Shown here: positions 36,969 to 49,854 of the stretch, piece after piece
Numbering within the stretch: position 1 is the stretch's first letter
Layout of the letters: every line of letters begins with the position of its first letter
NCBI GenBank assembly: GCA_010356995.1
Contig: ML996708.1
Coordinates: 248,001-312,000 of the forward strand
Origin: Trichodelitschia bisporula
Lineage: Eukaryota
Length of the DNA: 64,000 nt
Direction of reading: 5' to 3'
Notes under the pieces: model-generated
Database searches by the model: none
The model's input: the letters and a program-made list of their open reading frames with translations, nothing else
Told to the model about the DNA's origin: nothing
Position numbers and translations under genes: made by a program

Positions 36969-39879
36969 CTACGCGAGAAACTTGAGCGCCCGCGCCACCA
37001 CCGTGGCATTGTGGGCCTCCGATGAACCACCAAGCAAGCTCTGTTGCGTCGAATCTGGATAGAAGAATGCAGCAAGCCTGAAGATAACATGTTAGCTGAG
37101 ATGGAGCGATCAGATGTACCGAACTCACGCTATGATGACGTAGGCGGAAATGAGCAAAGTGCCCTCGAGATAGTTACTCTTACCGTCAAGCACAAGAAAG
37201 TTGACAACAAAGGCTGTGACGAAAAGTGAGACCGTCTCGAACAAGTTGAAGTACAGCGTCATGGCACGGTTCATGCACCAGCCCAAAATCACGACCAGAG
37301 GGGTCATGAACAAGGCTGCAAGAGTCAGCGTGATCCAATGCGGTACAGTGTCTACATACCAATTTGAATGCTACTTCCGACAGCAATACCGATAGCAAGG
37401 TCCATTTTGTTCTTCGTTGCCATTGACACGGCCGTGATGTGCTCCGCTGCATTACCGACGATGGGGAGGATAATGAGACCGATGAATGCCCTGCCAGTGT
37501 CAGTGTTCATGTTGTTGTCGATGTTAGGGGTAACTCACTGGCTGACGGACGACTCCTCGATCATTTCCGGAATGGCGTCTACAAGGAACTCGGCGCAAAC
37601 CGCGACCAACGCAGTCGTGACAAGAAGCATGGTGATGGCGGCAGTACGTGACATTTCAAGGCTTTCTTCCTGTTCGTCTGTTTCTCCGCCACGCTCCGGA
37701 GTCTTGACACGAGCCCCAGCAACGAAAGGAGGGAACGGCCTAGCTCCAAGCGTACTGTAGACGCCGTTCAGGCGCTCCGGCATGGAACTTGTCCGACGGA
37801 GCTGCGGGTCCGTGGCGCGTGAAGCTGTACTCTGTCTCGAAAGAGAGCCGGCAGTCAGAGGAGGCGGACTGATGAAGACGTTCTGCGAGAGCAACTTGGG
37901 AAGCGCAGGTCTAAATATCGGTCTCCTCGAATTCGGAATCTCCTGGGCGAGATCGACGTCGTCGACGAACCCGACACGTGGTTGAGATCCAGCTCGTTCA
38001 GGGAGCTTCCCCGACGCTCCGATTACCTGTACCTCTTCGGATGGCTCTTCCACAACAGCTTCCTTCTTGTTCTTGCCGTGATTATGGCGATGATGGTGGT
38101 GACGGTGGTGATGCTTCCTCGACTTTTTCGTCGTCTTCTTTTGCTTCAGCTCAGGAGAAAGAGCGCGTTCCGGTGAGCGAGAAGATTCTCCAACGGTGGC
38201 ATTCTCGAAGTCGCGTACGTTCACACCTCTACTGCCCCTCCCATTCCCATGTTCTTCATCGCTCCGAATAGCGCCGAGAACGCTACCCTGGCGAGACATG
38301 TTGCTCATAGGAGGCGAGGGCTGAAATACGGGATGCGCCTCAACGGAGGGCGAGCTAACGTGAGAGAGGACTGATTGACCGTCTTTGGAGCTTGCACTCG
38401 ATTTGCGGCGCTTCCGATTCCGAAACGCACGCTTGATGCGTTTGGCCGTCGTATGCGAATCCGAAGAAGTGCCACTGTCGTCGCTGGATGAATCTGAAGA
38501 ACTAGAAGAGCTGGAGGAGTCGAGCATGTCTGCAAGAAATCCTGGCTGTGACTCCTCATCAATACGTTCCCTAGGGACGCTACTGTAGAGGTATGCATGC
38601 GACTTCAATTGAAACAGCAAGAATAACCCGTACACGAGAAGAAGGACCTAAACTCGTTAGATAAATGACTGCGAATAATGCATGTGCCACGTACGACACT
38701 CGTTCCACGACTGATTTTTAGAGTGGCTCGGTCGGCCACGTCGTTAGCGGAAAATGATGCATGGAAGGCAGTCTATATTTGATAAGTATGCAAGTCAGTT
38801 GGAATATGCGGTGAAGCAATACCGGAAGCAAGAGGCTCATGACGCTCAGGCTGAGCAGACAAGCGCTCATCTGCGTGACGGTGTTGTTGTATAGCTGGCC
38901 CAATGCGTTAGTAAAAGAGAAACATGCACAATCAGTCGCTGTTTACCTGTTCTTGAAAGCGGAGACCGCCAAACAGGAAAGCCATGCCGAGAATCAGTAG
39001 CAGATTAGCTAAAATGGAACCTAACAGCGAGGCTTGAACGATTCGGATCTCATTCTACCAGAGTATTAGGCGAGCAACGTCATCTCAGGATACGAACATA
39101 CCTTCACGAGAGCAATGCTATGTGGGAGCAGAAAAGTGAGCATGGTGCCTTAAACAAGATACATTCACAGGAGCTAAGGGGGTATGCATGGTTCTGCGGG
39201 AACGGCAGAAATATACAACGTACATACTATCAGATCGGTTAGACGGTTTGTAGTGCAGGATGAGTTAGGCTCACAATATAATCAGCTCTACGGCGTTACC
39301 GAACGACACGTTTAACAAGGCACCGATCGCATCTCCAGACCTCATAGCGACACTCTCAGTTGCGAAGCTGAGGAGCCCTGCTAGCGGAACGATAGCAACT
39401 GCATTCATGGAGAATATGATGGCCGGGCTCAGGTGGATGGCGTTGACGGCGATGCCAATGGGCACGAAGATGAGCAGCAGGTTGACATAGCTGTGCAAGA
39501 GGGCAGCTTTTGTATGGCTGACGAAGCGCTTCGCACCGGTTTTGAAGCGGATGGACAGGGGAGGCTTCTGAGCTTCCGCCTGCTGATCTACGGAGGCAGA
39601 TTTCTCTCCCGCATCTTGGGTAACTTGAATAGCCGGGTCACCACCAGAGTGAATGGAGGCTTTCTCGTTGAGCGCGCCGGACTTGACGGGCACATTCCGA
39701 CGGTGCTGGCTGGCTGTGGGTCGAGGCGATGAGTGGTGGTCATCTTGACTGTCCTGGCTCAGAGGCGAGGCAGATGTCGGGAGAATGGGTTGCGCTGGCT
39801 TAGAGCGTGAAGCATGCGTGGATGTCGCCCATGAACGGAGACGATCTAAATAACCCGAATTGTTAGAGGGATCTCCCAT
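36969..39879 (-). CDS. Ca2+/H+ antiporter (CAX/Vcx1 family) with a long Ser/His-rich cytosolic loop; many introns
   Basis: [48 protein letters not shown], terminal AAFFYP. Confidence 0.9.
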
Positions 39880-41366
39880 CGATTATGTGCCGAGAATAAA
39901 TGCTGTTCGGGCGCAAAGTCCGAGCCGGAGTGTGGGGTAGGAAGGAAGGGTGGGGGGGAGAGGTTGTTGAGCTCATGCACGAGGGCGCCAGCTTGACTTT
40001 AAAGGAACCTCCCATGGTGCCATGCATGCTTGCAGGGGCAATCAGGTGTTGATGGCTTGAATGCGCGAGGCGAGAGGCGCAGCACACATCCGACAGTGGG
40101 AAATGAGGATAGCTACATTATTGGACAAAACAGAGGCGAATTGCTTGGAGAACCGTGGCGCTCGGACAGGAATGATTATGATGACGAAGGAGAAGAGGCG
40201 ACTTACGCATTCGTTGCAAACTTTGTGGACCGTTCTGAACCTATCAGACGAAAGTGGCGTGTGAATCAAGGACGTACCAAAGTATGGTATGGCAAACCAG
40301 TAGCCTTGGTAGCCGGCCTTAATCCTGATGTGAAGATTCAAGTCAAAAGAGGAGCCGATGATCAGGTCAGAGTGGCGGGAAATGAGGTTTGGAGAATGCA
40401 ATTGGATTGTGTTGTTAGTGATAGCAAACAGAGTAGGACGAACTAGAACTACAGTACCGTATGCTGCGGTCGTCTACTCCTTACAGGGCGGAGGTACACT
40501 GAAAGAAGAAAGGGAAACAGCAGCGCCAGCGACGGCAATTGCGTCCATCGCAACTTCTCTAACAAACAACCCATCTTGTTGCCTTGACGGGAAAGTGCAA
40601 CCCTTCCGCCTTCGCCTTGTCGTCGGTCGTGTCAGGATGGGAGGCCCATGCGCAACCCTTGCTCATCGTCAGGTCCCCTCATCTTCGGGTTGGACTTCCC
40701 CGCACTTTGGCTACCATTTTTGTGATTCTTTCCATTCCATCTTGGCTCGTCTAGGAGATTTATCAACCATCGTGGTTAGTGACTAAAAAAAAAGCTTTCA
40801 TCGCGTGTCTGCCACCGGCTGAGGCCCTTGGCGTACTTAAGAACGTTGCGCAAAGACCTGCAGGAGGATGAGGCGTTGTTGTTGAGTCTGTGGCGGAAGC
40901 GCCTCTAACACACCAGGCCTTCCTTGGTTAGGGCCAGGCCGAGCCTCCGATAGGGCCAGAATCATGGATGCATCGGTATCACGGCATGTGACGGAGGATG
41001 GCCCGCCGGTTCCCCAGTGGTACCAGGTATCCACATAAACGGATATGAGGCCATGAACTTTAGCATGGAGCTGTCGGATTCTCGAGCATCGGAAGACCAT
41101 CTCGACACTGGATGAGAAAGTTTCCGCCGTTTGAGGATAAAACCGGAGCTAATGCCCCCCGATTGAATACACGAATTTCTAGAATCCACATTTCTAAATC
41201 ATCATCGTTAATGACGAGAGTCATGCATACGACATGCTCTGTGCGGCGGCTTGCGGTCCCCTCAGTTTGACGCTATCGACGTCGACGAAGGGTTACGCAC
41301 AGCTGTCGTGTCCGCAACACCATTACGTCATTTGAGGGCCGTGGTTTTAGGATGGCAGAAGTCGTA

Positions 41367-41527
41367 CTGCGGTATCAGACCTATTAAAGAGCAAAGTGGG
41401 TCTAGGATACACCTAAAAGTCATGAGCGCTTCCCTGGCTAACAGTCCTAGGGGGTCGCTCAGGACTTTTTATGGGTAGCTCTGGCACCTTGGACCCACTT
41501 TGCTCTTTAATAGGCCTGATACCGTAG
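41367..41527. mobile_element. 161-bp MITE flanked by TA (Tc1/mariner-type)
   Basis: About 40-bp TIRs ctgcggtatcagacctattaaagagcaaagtgggtc / gacccactttgctctttaataggcctgataccgtag; TA at 41365-41366 and 41528-41529; second internal inverted repeat. Confidence 0.85.
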
Positions 41528-41775
41528 TAGGTAAATTGCGGAAAGAAATTTGTAGGACCACTTGGGTTAAAGACACTGGAAGGTCTCCACAGTATCTTAA
41601 AAAAAAGACTGCTAAAAGACAGACATGCGGAAAATGTTCTCTATCATAGTTGAACTACTTTGACCAATGCTCGATTCCAGGAGCGACAACCAACGCCTGC
41701 CCAAGCAGAGAACAGACGAAAAGGGAACCTTAGAACGCCCGCTAAATACGCGTGTACACAGCGTCGCCGCCATCC

Positions 41776-42548
41776 TCACTGTGCCCTCAAGGCCCGCAGT
41801 CGCTCACCCAGCCCCTCCTCCTCCTGCTCGTTCGGTCCAACCTTTGCCTTAGACGGCGTTGCAGCCTCCAGATCCTGCTTCAACTCCACGCCCGCCTCAT
41901 CCGCCACCTGATTCATAAGCCGATCGACGTCTTCTTGCGGCGTGCCAACAGCAGTAGCAGACGACGTGGCATTCTCGTAGTATCCCGTGGCGACGTCCAG
42001 ATCCTCAAACTGCGTCTCGAACCTGTCCATTATGGCCGAAATCTGCCGTCTCTATCAGCACGGGGACCGCGAAATCGGGTACGGGTATCCATGGAGATAC
42101 CCCGTGTCATCCGTACCTTCTCCAGATCCATAGTCTTCATCGCTGCGTCCATGCCCTTGACCACATTGCCCATACTCGCCGAAACCTGCCGCATTGTCAC
42201 CGCCGTCTGCACCCTGCTGCTCACGGCATCTATGCGCGAAGCTAGCTTCAGCAGGTTGAGCTTCTCGTTCTGCTTGCGGATGGAATTCTGGGCGTAGATT
42301 TTGGCGATGTCTGAGTGGCCTTGTTGAATCGCCTAGGGGCCTTTGGTTAGTAGGGAATCAGAATAAAGGCCTATATGAAGAGTACCTTCTTCAGTTTCGT
42401 TTTCTCGGTTTGCTCATCTTTACCAGCCTTTGCGGCCTGTCTGTTGAGCTGCTTTGCAGTAAACTGTGGCTAAGTAAGCGCCGGAAGCTGAACTGGAGGG
42501 GAAACGCAGTACTTTGAGGTTGAAAAGGGCCTTTTCTAAGCCCGACAT
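41776..42548 (-). CDS. DID2: ESCRT-III associated protein Did2/Vps46 (CHMP1); three introns
   Basis: [64 protein letters not shown]. Confidence 0.95.
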
Positions 42549-42729
42549 GTCGACGTTTTTTGACTGCTTCTAAGTATCTGGTGAAGGTTGGTGATCTGGC
42601 TCAACGTTAGGCAGGTTGCTGGTCAAACGCCTGCGAGGTCCCGATGCCATCATGGGGCGCGGGGTCTTGAACTCGGGCAGGTGCTGTGGGCTTGGCAGTT
42701 GCATGGTCTGTGCACCGCTCCCCCCAGGG

Positions 42730-42736
42730 TATAAAA
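42730..42736 (+). promoter_or_regulatory. TATA box of the U2 snRNA gene
   Basis: TATAAAA about 45 bp upstream of the U2 5' end, followed by a pyrimidine tract. Confidence 0.7.
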
Positions 42737-42776
42737 GCCTGCACTCCCCCCTTCCAAACCTCTTCTTCTTTTCTTC

Positions 42777-42963
42777 AGCTCTCTTTGCCTTTGGCTTAGA
42801 TCAAGTGTAGTATCTGTTCTTTTCAGTTTAATCTCTGAAACGACTCTACGGAGTCACTTCAAGATTAATCTTATTTTTGTCACCCGCTAGTCGGCCTCTG
42901 TGCTTGCGCATGTCGACTGGCACTGTGTCGCTCCTATTGCACTACCTGGAGCTGACGCGAACA
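42777..42963 (+). ncRNA. U2: U2 spliceosomal snRNA
   Basis: ctctttgcctttggcttagatcaagtgtagtatctgttctt (branch-point pairing GTAGTA), stem IIa ttcag/ctgaa, Sm site ATTTTTG, stem-loop IV loop TATTGCACT; ends approximate. Confidence 0.97.
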
Positions 42964-43533
42964 ACCTTTTTCATCATGGTCTTCGGCTTGCCGGGGCTTT
43001 GGAGAAGAATGATATCTTGCCTGTTCCAAAGCTTTGCGCTTGAAGGGTGCGCTGGATGCACTCGACAGCACCTGGGCCAATGCTCGACATCCTCGAGGTG
43101 TGGATGTACTGATGCACCAGAATCGAGTCGGTCTTTATGCTAGGGCTTCTCTGGCTTGGGCGTGGCTGGTTCTTCGTCCTGCGCTTCCGGTGTGGTCGTG
43201 CCAGAGGTACGCTCCATGACGGTAGACTTGATGCGGTCGTTGATGATCTGCTGCAGGTGCTCGTTGTGCGTAGGCTTCGGCGGCCTCTGGACGGCAGGCT
43301 CAATGGGTCGAACCCACAGTAGTCCATGGCCAAAAGTGCAGATCACTGGCATCGAAGAGGCTCGTACGCGTTTGAATCAACTGTACTTCATTCCAATCTC
43401 GTCCAGGATTGGAAACTATCTGACTGTACATGTACGCCGTTGGCTGCTCCTGAATATCCCCGATAAGACCTGCAATCCCAAGAATGCCTGCCAGCCCGAT
43501 GCCGCAACGCCGAAAATGATGCTTCCACTCGCT

Positions 43534-45960
43534 CTACCAGTTCCACATGCACTTTTGCGCCAGAAGCTTCGCTCCCAGCATGTCATACTCTTGCCGATGT
43601 ATCCAGCTGTCGTTCCCGCTGCTGCTAAGCCGCGCAAACACACTACCACCCTTCCAGACGACAAGCTGCTGGTCAAGCTCCCTGGGCGGCAATCCAATCA
43701 TGATCTCCTTGTTATAAGCTGGTTGAAGCTCGCGAAGCCGGGTCTCTAGAAAGGTATTCAAGCTCGGAGTCTTGGCTCCTCCGCCTATGATCATGATACC
43801 GCCATAGAAGTCGCGCAGCTTGCGGTCATCTCCCTTAGCTCCCTCTCCAATAGACGTGATGATCGCCCGGTCCAGCGGCATGATGGGCAATATCCTATCA
43901 CGCTCCTCTGCAGCACGGACACGCTCAATCAGCGGGTCGACTCTGCCGTTCGTGGTCTTCTCTGCTTCATCAAGCATCGGAGACGCGCGCCCAGGTTGAG
44001 GGGTGCCCTCAAGCCGCGGAGAACCGGCCGTGGATGATAAAGGAGTTGCTTCGTCGTTCAAACGGCTGAGAAGACTGTACGGTTGCTGCTTAATAGGGGT
44101 AGCAACATTGGCGAGCGCTAGTGGCGGAGGGGCCTGGGTGACGGCGGTAGGCACGTTCTGGCCGGCATACTGCAGCGCCACGGCCTGTGCAGTCGAGTAC
44201 GGGTCATTCGGCGACCCGTCATAGATATCATACGAACGGTCAAGCAGCTTTCGGCGGCCGTTAAGCTTGGACGAATGGTCGAATACTTCAGGCCGGAAGA
44301 ACCCCTTGTCAATGTGAGCAAAGCGCGCTAGATAAAGCCTTTGAAGTACATACCATGGGCGCCAGCATCGTCTCATCGTACGTCTTGAAAGTGTACTTCC
44401 GAGTATCCTGACCAGCCGCGCGAAGGTGAAAGTCAAACAACTGAACGACCATTTCTGCCTCATTCATGGTGCAGAACTTTTGCTTCAGCTCTTCGGCGAG
44501 CAGGAAATCGTAGCGGCGCTTGAGATTGATGTCTGCATACGGAAAGTGATCGTAGAGCATCATCTTGACGAAGAGTTCCATGACGTCGGCGCCGCCATAT
44601 TTAAGGTTAACGCGGGATTCCTCGATGCACATGCCGTCCTCCACGCAACATATGGACGTCTTTTGCGCACCAATGTCGACAACGCATCCAATTGAATATC
44701 CGGCGCCAAAGGTGCCTCCAAGACTCTCCTGCATGAAGCAGACCCGCTTGAAGCCGAACTCCCGACTCAGCATGTCAAGCATCACGGTGACGTAGTTGCG
44801 ATCGTACAGGTCAGGGATAATGAAGCAGCAGCTATACTGCTGCCAGTCCTTGCGACGAGTCAGGCCGAGTTGGGACTTGATAGCATCTTCCAAGATCAGA
44901 GCCACATCGTTGAACATCAGATTTCTCTGGGAGTACGCGTCCTCGTTGAGCCAACCGCTGCGGATGGGCCAGAAGAGCTTGTACCGCGGCTGAGACTTCT
45001 CGGGGATACGGAGCGCAGCGTGTCCGGTAATATGCTCAGGCGGATTCTGCAGGGGGATGGGTGTCCAATCGATCCGGTGAGGATCATTGTGCTCGGATAT
45101 CGTCTCTGGCAAGACCTTGCGGTTGTAATTGATGACAAGTTCCTTGGAGTTGGGGAGCAGGCGGCGCTTGTTGTTTCGCATGCGAGTCTTCAAGTCCGAC
45201 ATCATTGAGCAATAAATAGACGCAAACTAAAGCCGTTAGCCATATCTCTCATGGATGCTGCCGGGTAACGCTACCTGCTCGCCGAACCACTTCTCAGGCT
45301 CGTCCGGCAGCTCATCGTCAATCTTTGCACGCTTCGGCAATGGCTCCCCGCCATACTCTTCCGACTCATTTTCGGGCCATTTGCGCGCAATGACCATGGG
45401 GACAGTTTTTGGCAGCGCATCATTGGAGAACCCGATACGCAGATTCTGGCTGCCAGGATGAATGACGATGATCTTTGAGCCATGCGGCTCCTGACCCTCC
45501 GAATCCTGCTCATCCTCCATCATAGTATCTTCGCTGGGCGCTTGCATTGCGATCTCATTGCTTGTTTGCGCCAATGCGCGGTCGTGGTCGCGAGCTTCCC
45601 GTACTAACCGGTTCCTGTTTTCTTCTTGCTGGGGGCGGAAGGCAAGGTACTGGTCATCGCGCTTGAGATACTCTCTGCAAGGCGCGTCAGCGATCTAGGA
45701 GGTTCGTATACTTCAGGCTGCCTGCTCTGGTTGATACTGTCGGGCATGCAGTTCAAGCAGGCCGGGACGACACCACAGTTCGATAGAACTTACGTGTAGT
45801 AGTTCTTCTGGTTTATCATGGTAACTTGCGGCCATGATGTGAGCTCAAGGTTGTTGTCTGTCTTCTGAAGGCCTGAAATTGTCAATGCGATCCCCATGAG
45901 GCCTTGCTGCCACATACCCTCTTCCCTCAAAAGGGCCCGGCCGGACTTTTTGCCAACCAT
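43534..45960 (-). CDS. ARP8: Actin-related protein 8 (INO80 complex); several introns
   Basis: MVGKKSGRALLREEG, INQKNYYT|EYLKRDDQ, IVIHPGSQNLRIG, CVVDIGAQKTSICCVEDG, VWKGGSVF. Confidence 0.95.
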
Positions 45961-48128
45961 CGTGAGCTGAGGGTGTACTATCTGTTTCCGTTGCAGGTGA
46001 AGAAAGCAATCGCAGATCGGCGCGTGTAAGATGTGAGAGATGGGGTGGACAGTCTGGTTGAGGAAGGAGAAGCGATGTTCTGTCACTTGAATAGCTCAAG
46101 GGATGTTGATGCGCCGGCAAATCCCCGGAGCGGAAGCACAAGGTCTGTGCGCAGCTGCATGAATAGCGCGTTGCTGTGCTCCATTTTGGTGTTTGGTGGT
46201 CCAGCTCAACCCCACCACTTGGCCAGGCACGACATTCCGTACACAGCAGTATATAGAGCGGGGTCGAGCAGTACATCTCACGGTGTTTGGTCTCGACTCT
46301 TTCAGCATCAAACAGAGTAGGGTGGGCTCTATCCTAGGACTGCAATTATCCTGTCTTCGACGGCCCTCACGATCTTTTCTACTGGTACAGCATCCGGCTT
46401 CTACCTCGTTTCCCCCGCTTCACGTGGAGTCCAAGAACGCTCTCACAACCATGTGGATGTACATCCGTAAACCCGCACTTTCAAGCAGTTTGGTATACTC
46501 GCTCAGCGGTAGGGTTCTCTTCTCTATTCCCGTCTTCTCTCTACTTCTCTCACAAAACTACGGTATCTGTATGGCAGAGCTTGTTTGTGTGTTGCACTTC
46601 TTCAGAGACACTCCGACCTTGATGTTCTCATCCGGACCTCTCCTTCGAGAGAAGATCGCCTTTCACTCGATCGATAAACTGAGTCGGGTTAATGGAGCCA
46701 ATTCTAACCACTTATTGCTGCATGCCCTTCGTCCATTGGGCTGCCTAAAATACTATGTCCAAGCACCGAGCTGGCCCATCAGGGTTGATATAGCGAGCAA
46801 AAAGTACCCCGTGGAGAAATCCGACGCAACCGATGGCGGAGAACCGTTGCCGCACCGGGGCATGATAAAGATCGCGCAATTCCGGCCCCCCTCCGAAGTT
46901 CGTCCAGGTGGAAAGTGTAAATGTTCGGTTGCAGATAGGGAGGACTGGAGATAAGCCCATTCAGATAAGGTTATCCAGAGAGATCACTGGCGACAAATTG
47001 GCTGATCGCAGAGATCCCCGTATCGAACACAAGAGCGCCGGCCTCAAGGTGTGGCTCAGCAGAGTGGCTCATGTGTTGGTTGGCTGAGCAATAATGGCGG
47101 AGCAGGCCGACGTCATGGGGTCGGACCGCGGGAGTTGTGCGCAAGCGCCTGCGGCCTAGGCTCGGACATGGGGGAGCTCCTGATAGTGGGGGAAGGGTTA
47201 TGCAGGCGGTCGCGCTTCTCCGCAGCGAGGGTGTGAGGGCTGGTGCAAGGCACTCACCACGGGAACGGCATGTGAGTGGATCAACAGGCTCGAGGGGTAC
47301 ACCTTATGACGCCGGGCTTGCAGCATGCGCGAAGGGTTGGGTGAGAGGTGACTCCGGCGGGGAGGATCAACACCGCAGTCCTTCAGACCGCAGTCCAAAA
47401 GTATCCATCGATGAAGGCCACCAATACACGTATCATGTTCTGCGCTCGCTACTTGCAGGTTACCACCTAGATGTCAGTTACGCCATAGCAAGCCGCAAGC
47501 CTCCAAGCTGGTTGCATCATTACAAGAGAAACAAAGATGTTACGAGGAACAGCTTGGCCGAAGCCATTTGGCTGCGTAATCGAGGAGGCCTCGTGAGCTC
47601 TTATCGGGAAGCGCCCTGGTAATTCCAGCTCCGGAAACCTCCTCTCATAGCTTCCGGCTTTGTTTGGCTCAGGATTCCAAGGTAAGCCGCAATCTGGGGA
47701 GTCCGTCATCTCGTAGGCAAGGCATTCACTCAGCCTAAGCTTTGTCCCCACGCCCTTTGTTCTTTTAACACCGCAAAGCCCTCCGCCACTGCCACAGCTG
47801 AATCACAGCTTCCCGTCATAAACTGTGACTCAAACTCCTGACCCAACACCCATCCACAACTCATCTCACCTGCTATTAAACACCTGCTCCACCTAGCATC
47901 ATCTTCTCAACTCACCCAGCATCTGCCTGTGACTAATCCACACACTCAAGCCAACTCTATCTCCCTTCATAAACTCATCACTCGCCTCTATCGTCCCTTT
48001 CATCGGAACACAACCCTCGTCATCTTCCGGGCTCCGGTTCATCACCGCCTCAAGATCCATCTGCCCCGTCTTGCGTAACCTAGTCCGTCTTCATCAATCT
48101 CCAGTCATCCCAACCAGCTTCTTTCGTT

Positions 48129-48735
48129 ATGGCGCCACCGTCCAGCTTCTCCGCCCACGATATCCGGGGACCTTCCGTCGATTATAAGCGCGCAACTGAG
48201 AGCAAGCACAAGTGGCACAATGGCGAGGTCTGGGGACCTGGCCGATCGAAGGGCTCCCATGGCCGGCCGGTGCGGATGAAGTCAAAGTAAGTGGGTCCTG
48301 GACTGCTCTCCCCTAGGGACTGGCGGGCCCGCTGAGAGCGTTTCATGTTTGGAGCATGGAACTAAAGAGTGCAGGCTCCCGCGGTCGAACAAGGAACTCG
48401 GCGTCCATGAGGCCAAAACGGTGCAGCGTCACGAAATAATCGATGAGACACTCGCACCCAGCGATTCCTCGTGCGACGAGGAGCCGATCGAGCCTTCCGC
48501 CGCACCAGACGTCGATATTGTGTATTCGTTCGACAAGGCTGGGCCAAGCCACGGCAGCCAGATCCTGACACTTGCGCTTGAGAGGGCCGTTGAGCGCTTT
48601 GAGGATAACCAGACCGATAAGATTGTCAAGGAGGAGTACGAAATCTTGGACTACGATGGCGAACCCGTGCGCTCTCCCCCGAAGAAGGCTCAGATGCACA
48701 TTGTCAGCGAAGAGGCCGACTACGAGTTCGTCTGA
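48129..48735 (+). CDS. Hypothetical fungal protein; exons 48129-48286, 48375-48735
   Basis: ATG followed by a GTAAGT donor and an in-frame acceptor at 48374; protein-like C-terminus (VYSFDKAGPSHGSQILTLALERAVERFE...VKEEYEIL). Confidence 0.7.
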
Positions 48736-49854
48736 TCTCGCCATTATTTCGTGCTTCCGGAGTGACTGGATGGGGGGCGCTTGAGGTGTTAATTGGCGAT
48801 ATGAGCATTTGTTTCCTGTCAGCATACCCATTACCTCCGACTTGAAGCAGATTTCATCTGTGTCAACGGCCGGTGTGTTTCTTCTGATACCGTAGATACC
48901 TTTGCATTTTAATAGTCGTTCTTGGGAACAGATACCCGTCCTTGACGGTTTCGAGGATGATTGGTGGGTATTGCAGCTTACGTAGTCTTTGATAAGCAAT
49001 TTGCATTGTTACCCGTCTTTCATGGCTGCTGGCGCGGCATCTGGACGTTTGTGTGCCTGAAAGAGAAGGTGCTCTTGTCTCCATGAGGGTTCGGTGATGC
49101 TCAAGAATACTTCGGCTGCCAAAAAAAAAGGATAGACGCCCTTCTGTTTAGACGACGATGACAGCTTCTTGCAATACGTTGCACATTGAGTATACGTATC
49201 TGACGTTGTTTGAGCGTTATTTGGATGAACGTTAAAGGAAATTTCACCGGCCCCCGCTGGTGGTGGGAGGGGCAAAGGCTCCCGCGATTGCGTCTTTTTG
49301 CTAAGCGAACATGCGACTTGCACTGTTTCGGACAGCCATCACGAATGAGAGCATGGTACACTTCACCCATCGCGACTGTTATTAGCTGGATGGGCGGGAG
49401 TGTCAGCGGGGGGAAACACAGAGGGCGTCACAGAGTGAAGTGTGCGGCAATGCAGCTCAGTCGCGAGCTGGGGGCCAGGTGAATGGTGAGTGGATCACAA
49501 GGCGATGAGGAGCAGCAGACAAGCCCCCTTCCAACCCCCCCCCACCCCGGGCTCCGACAGGCCCAGGGCTCAGGGTTTCTTTACCACCAGTTCTCATTGA
49601 TGTCATGGAATCCGCGCCGAAGGTGTGACGCGCAATAATAATAGCAGAATCATAAGTTGACTTCATCCCCGGATTCCTTCTGTTCAGTTTTGCATCTTGA
49701 GGCAATCATTCTCCCTGCCAATTTGTAACTGACAACAACAACAACAACAACACTCCTACAGACTACAGATCAGCCCTTGTTTGCCTCTCAACCTCTTCGT
49801 CCCGCTCCTACCCCGAACCTCTTATCTCCCCTCGTCTCTCAAGTCGGCGTCGTC

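Noticed and set aside
42974..43352. Small minus-strand ORFs downstream of ARP8
   Set aside because: Short, overlapping alternatives with no recognisable domain; may be the ARP8 3' UTR, though a small gene cannot be excluded
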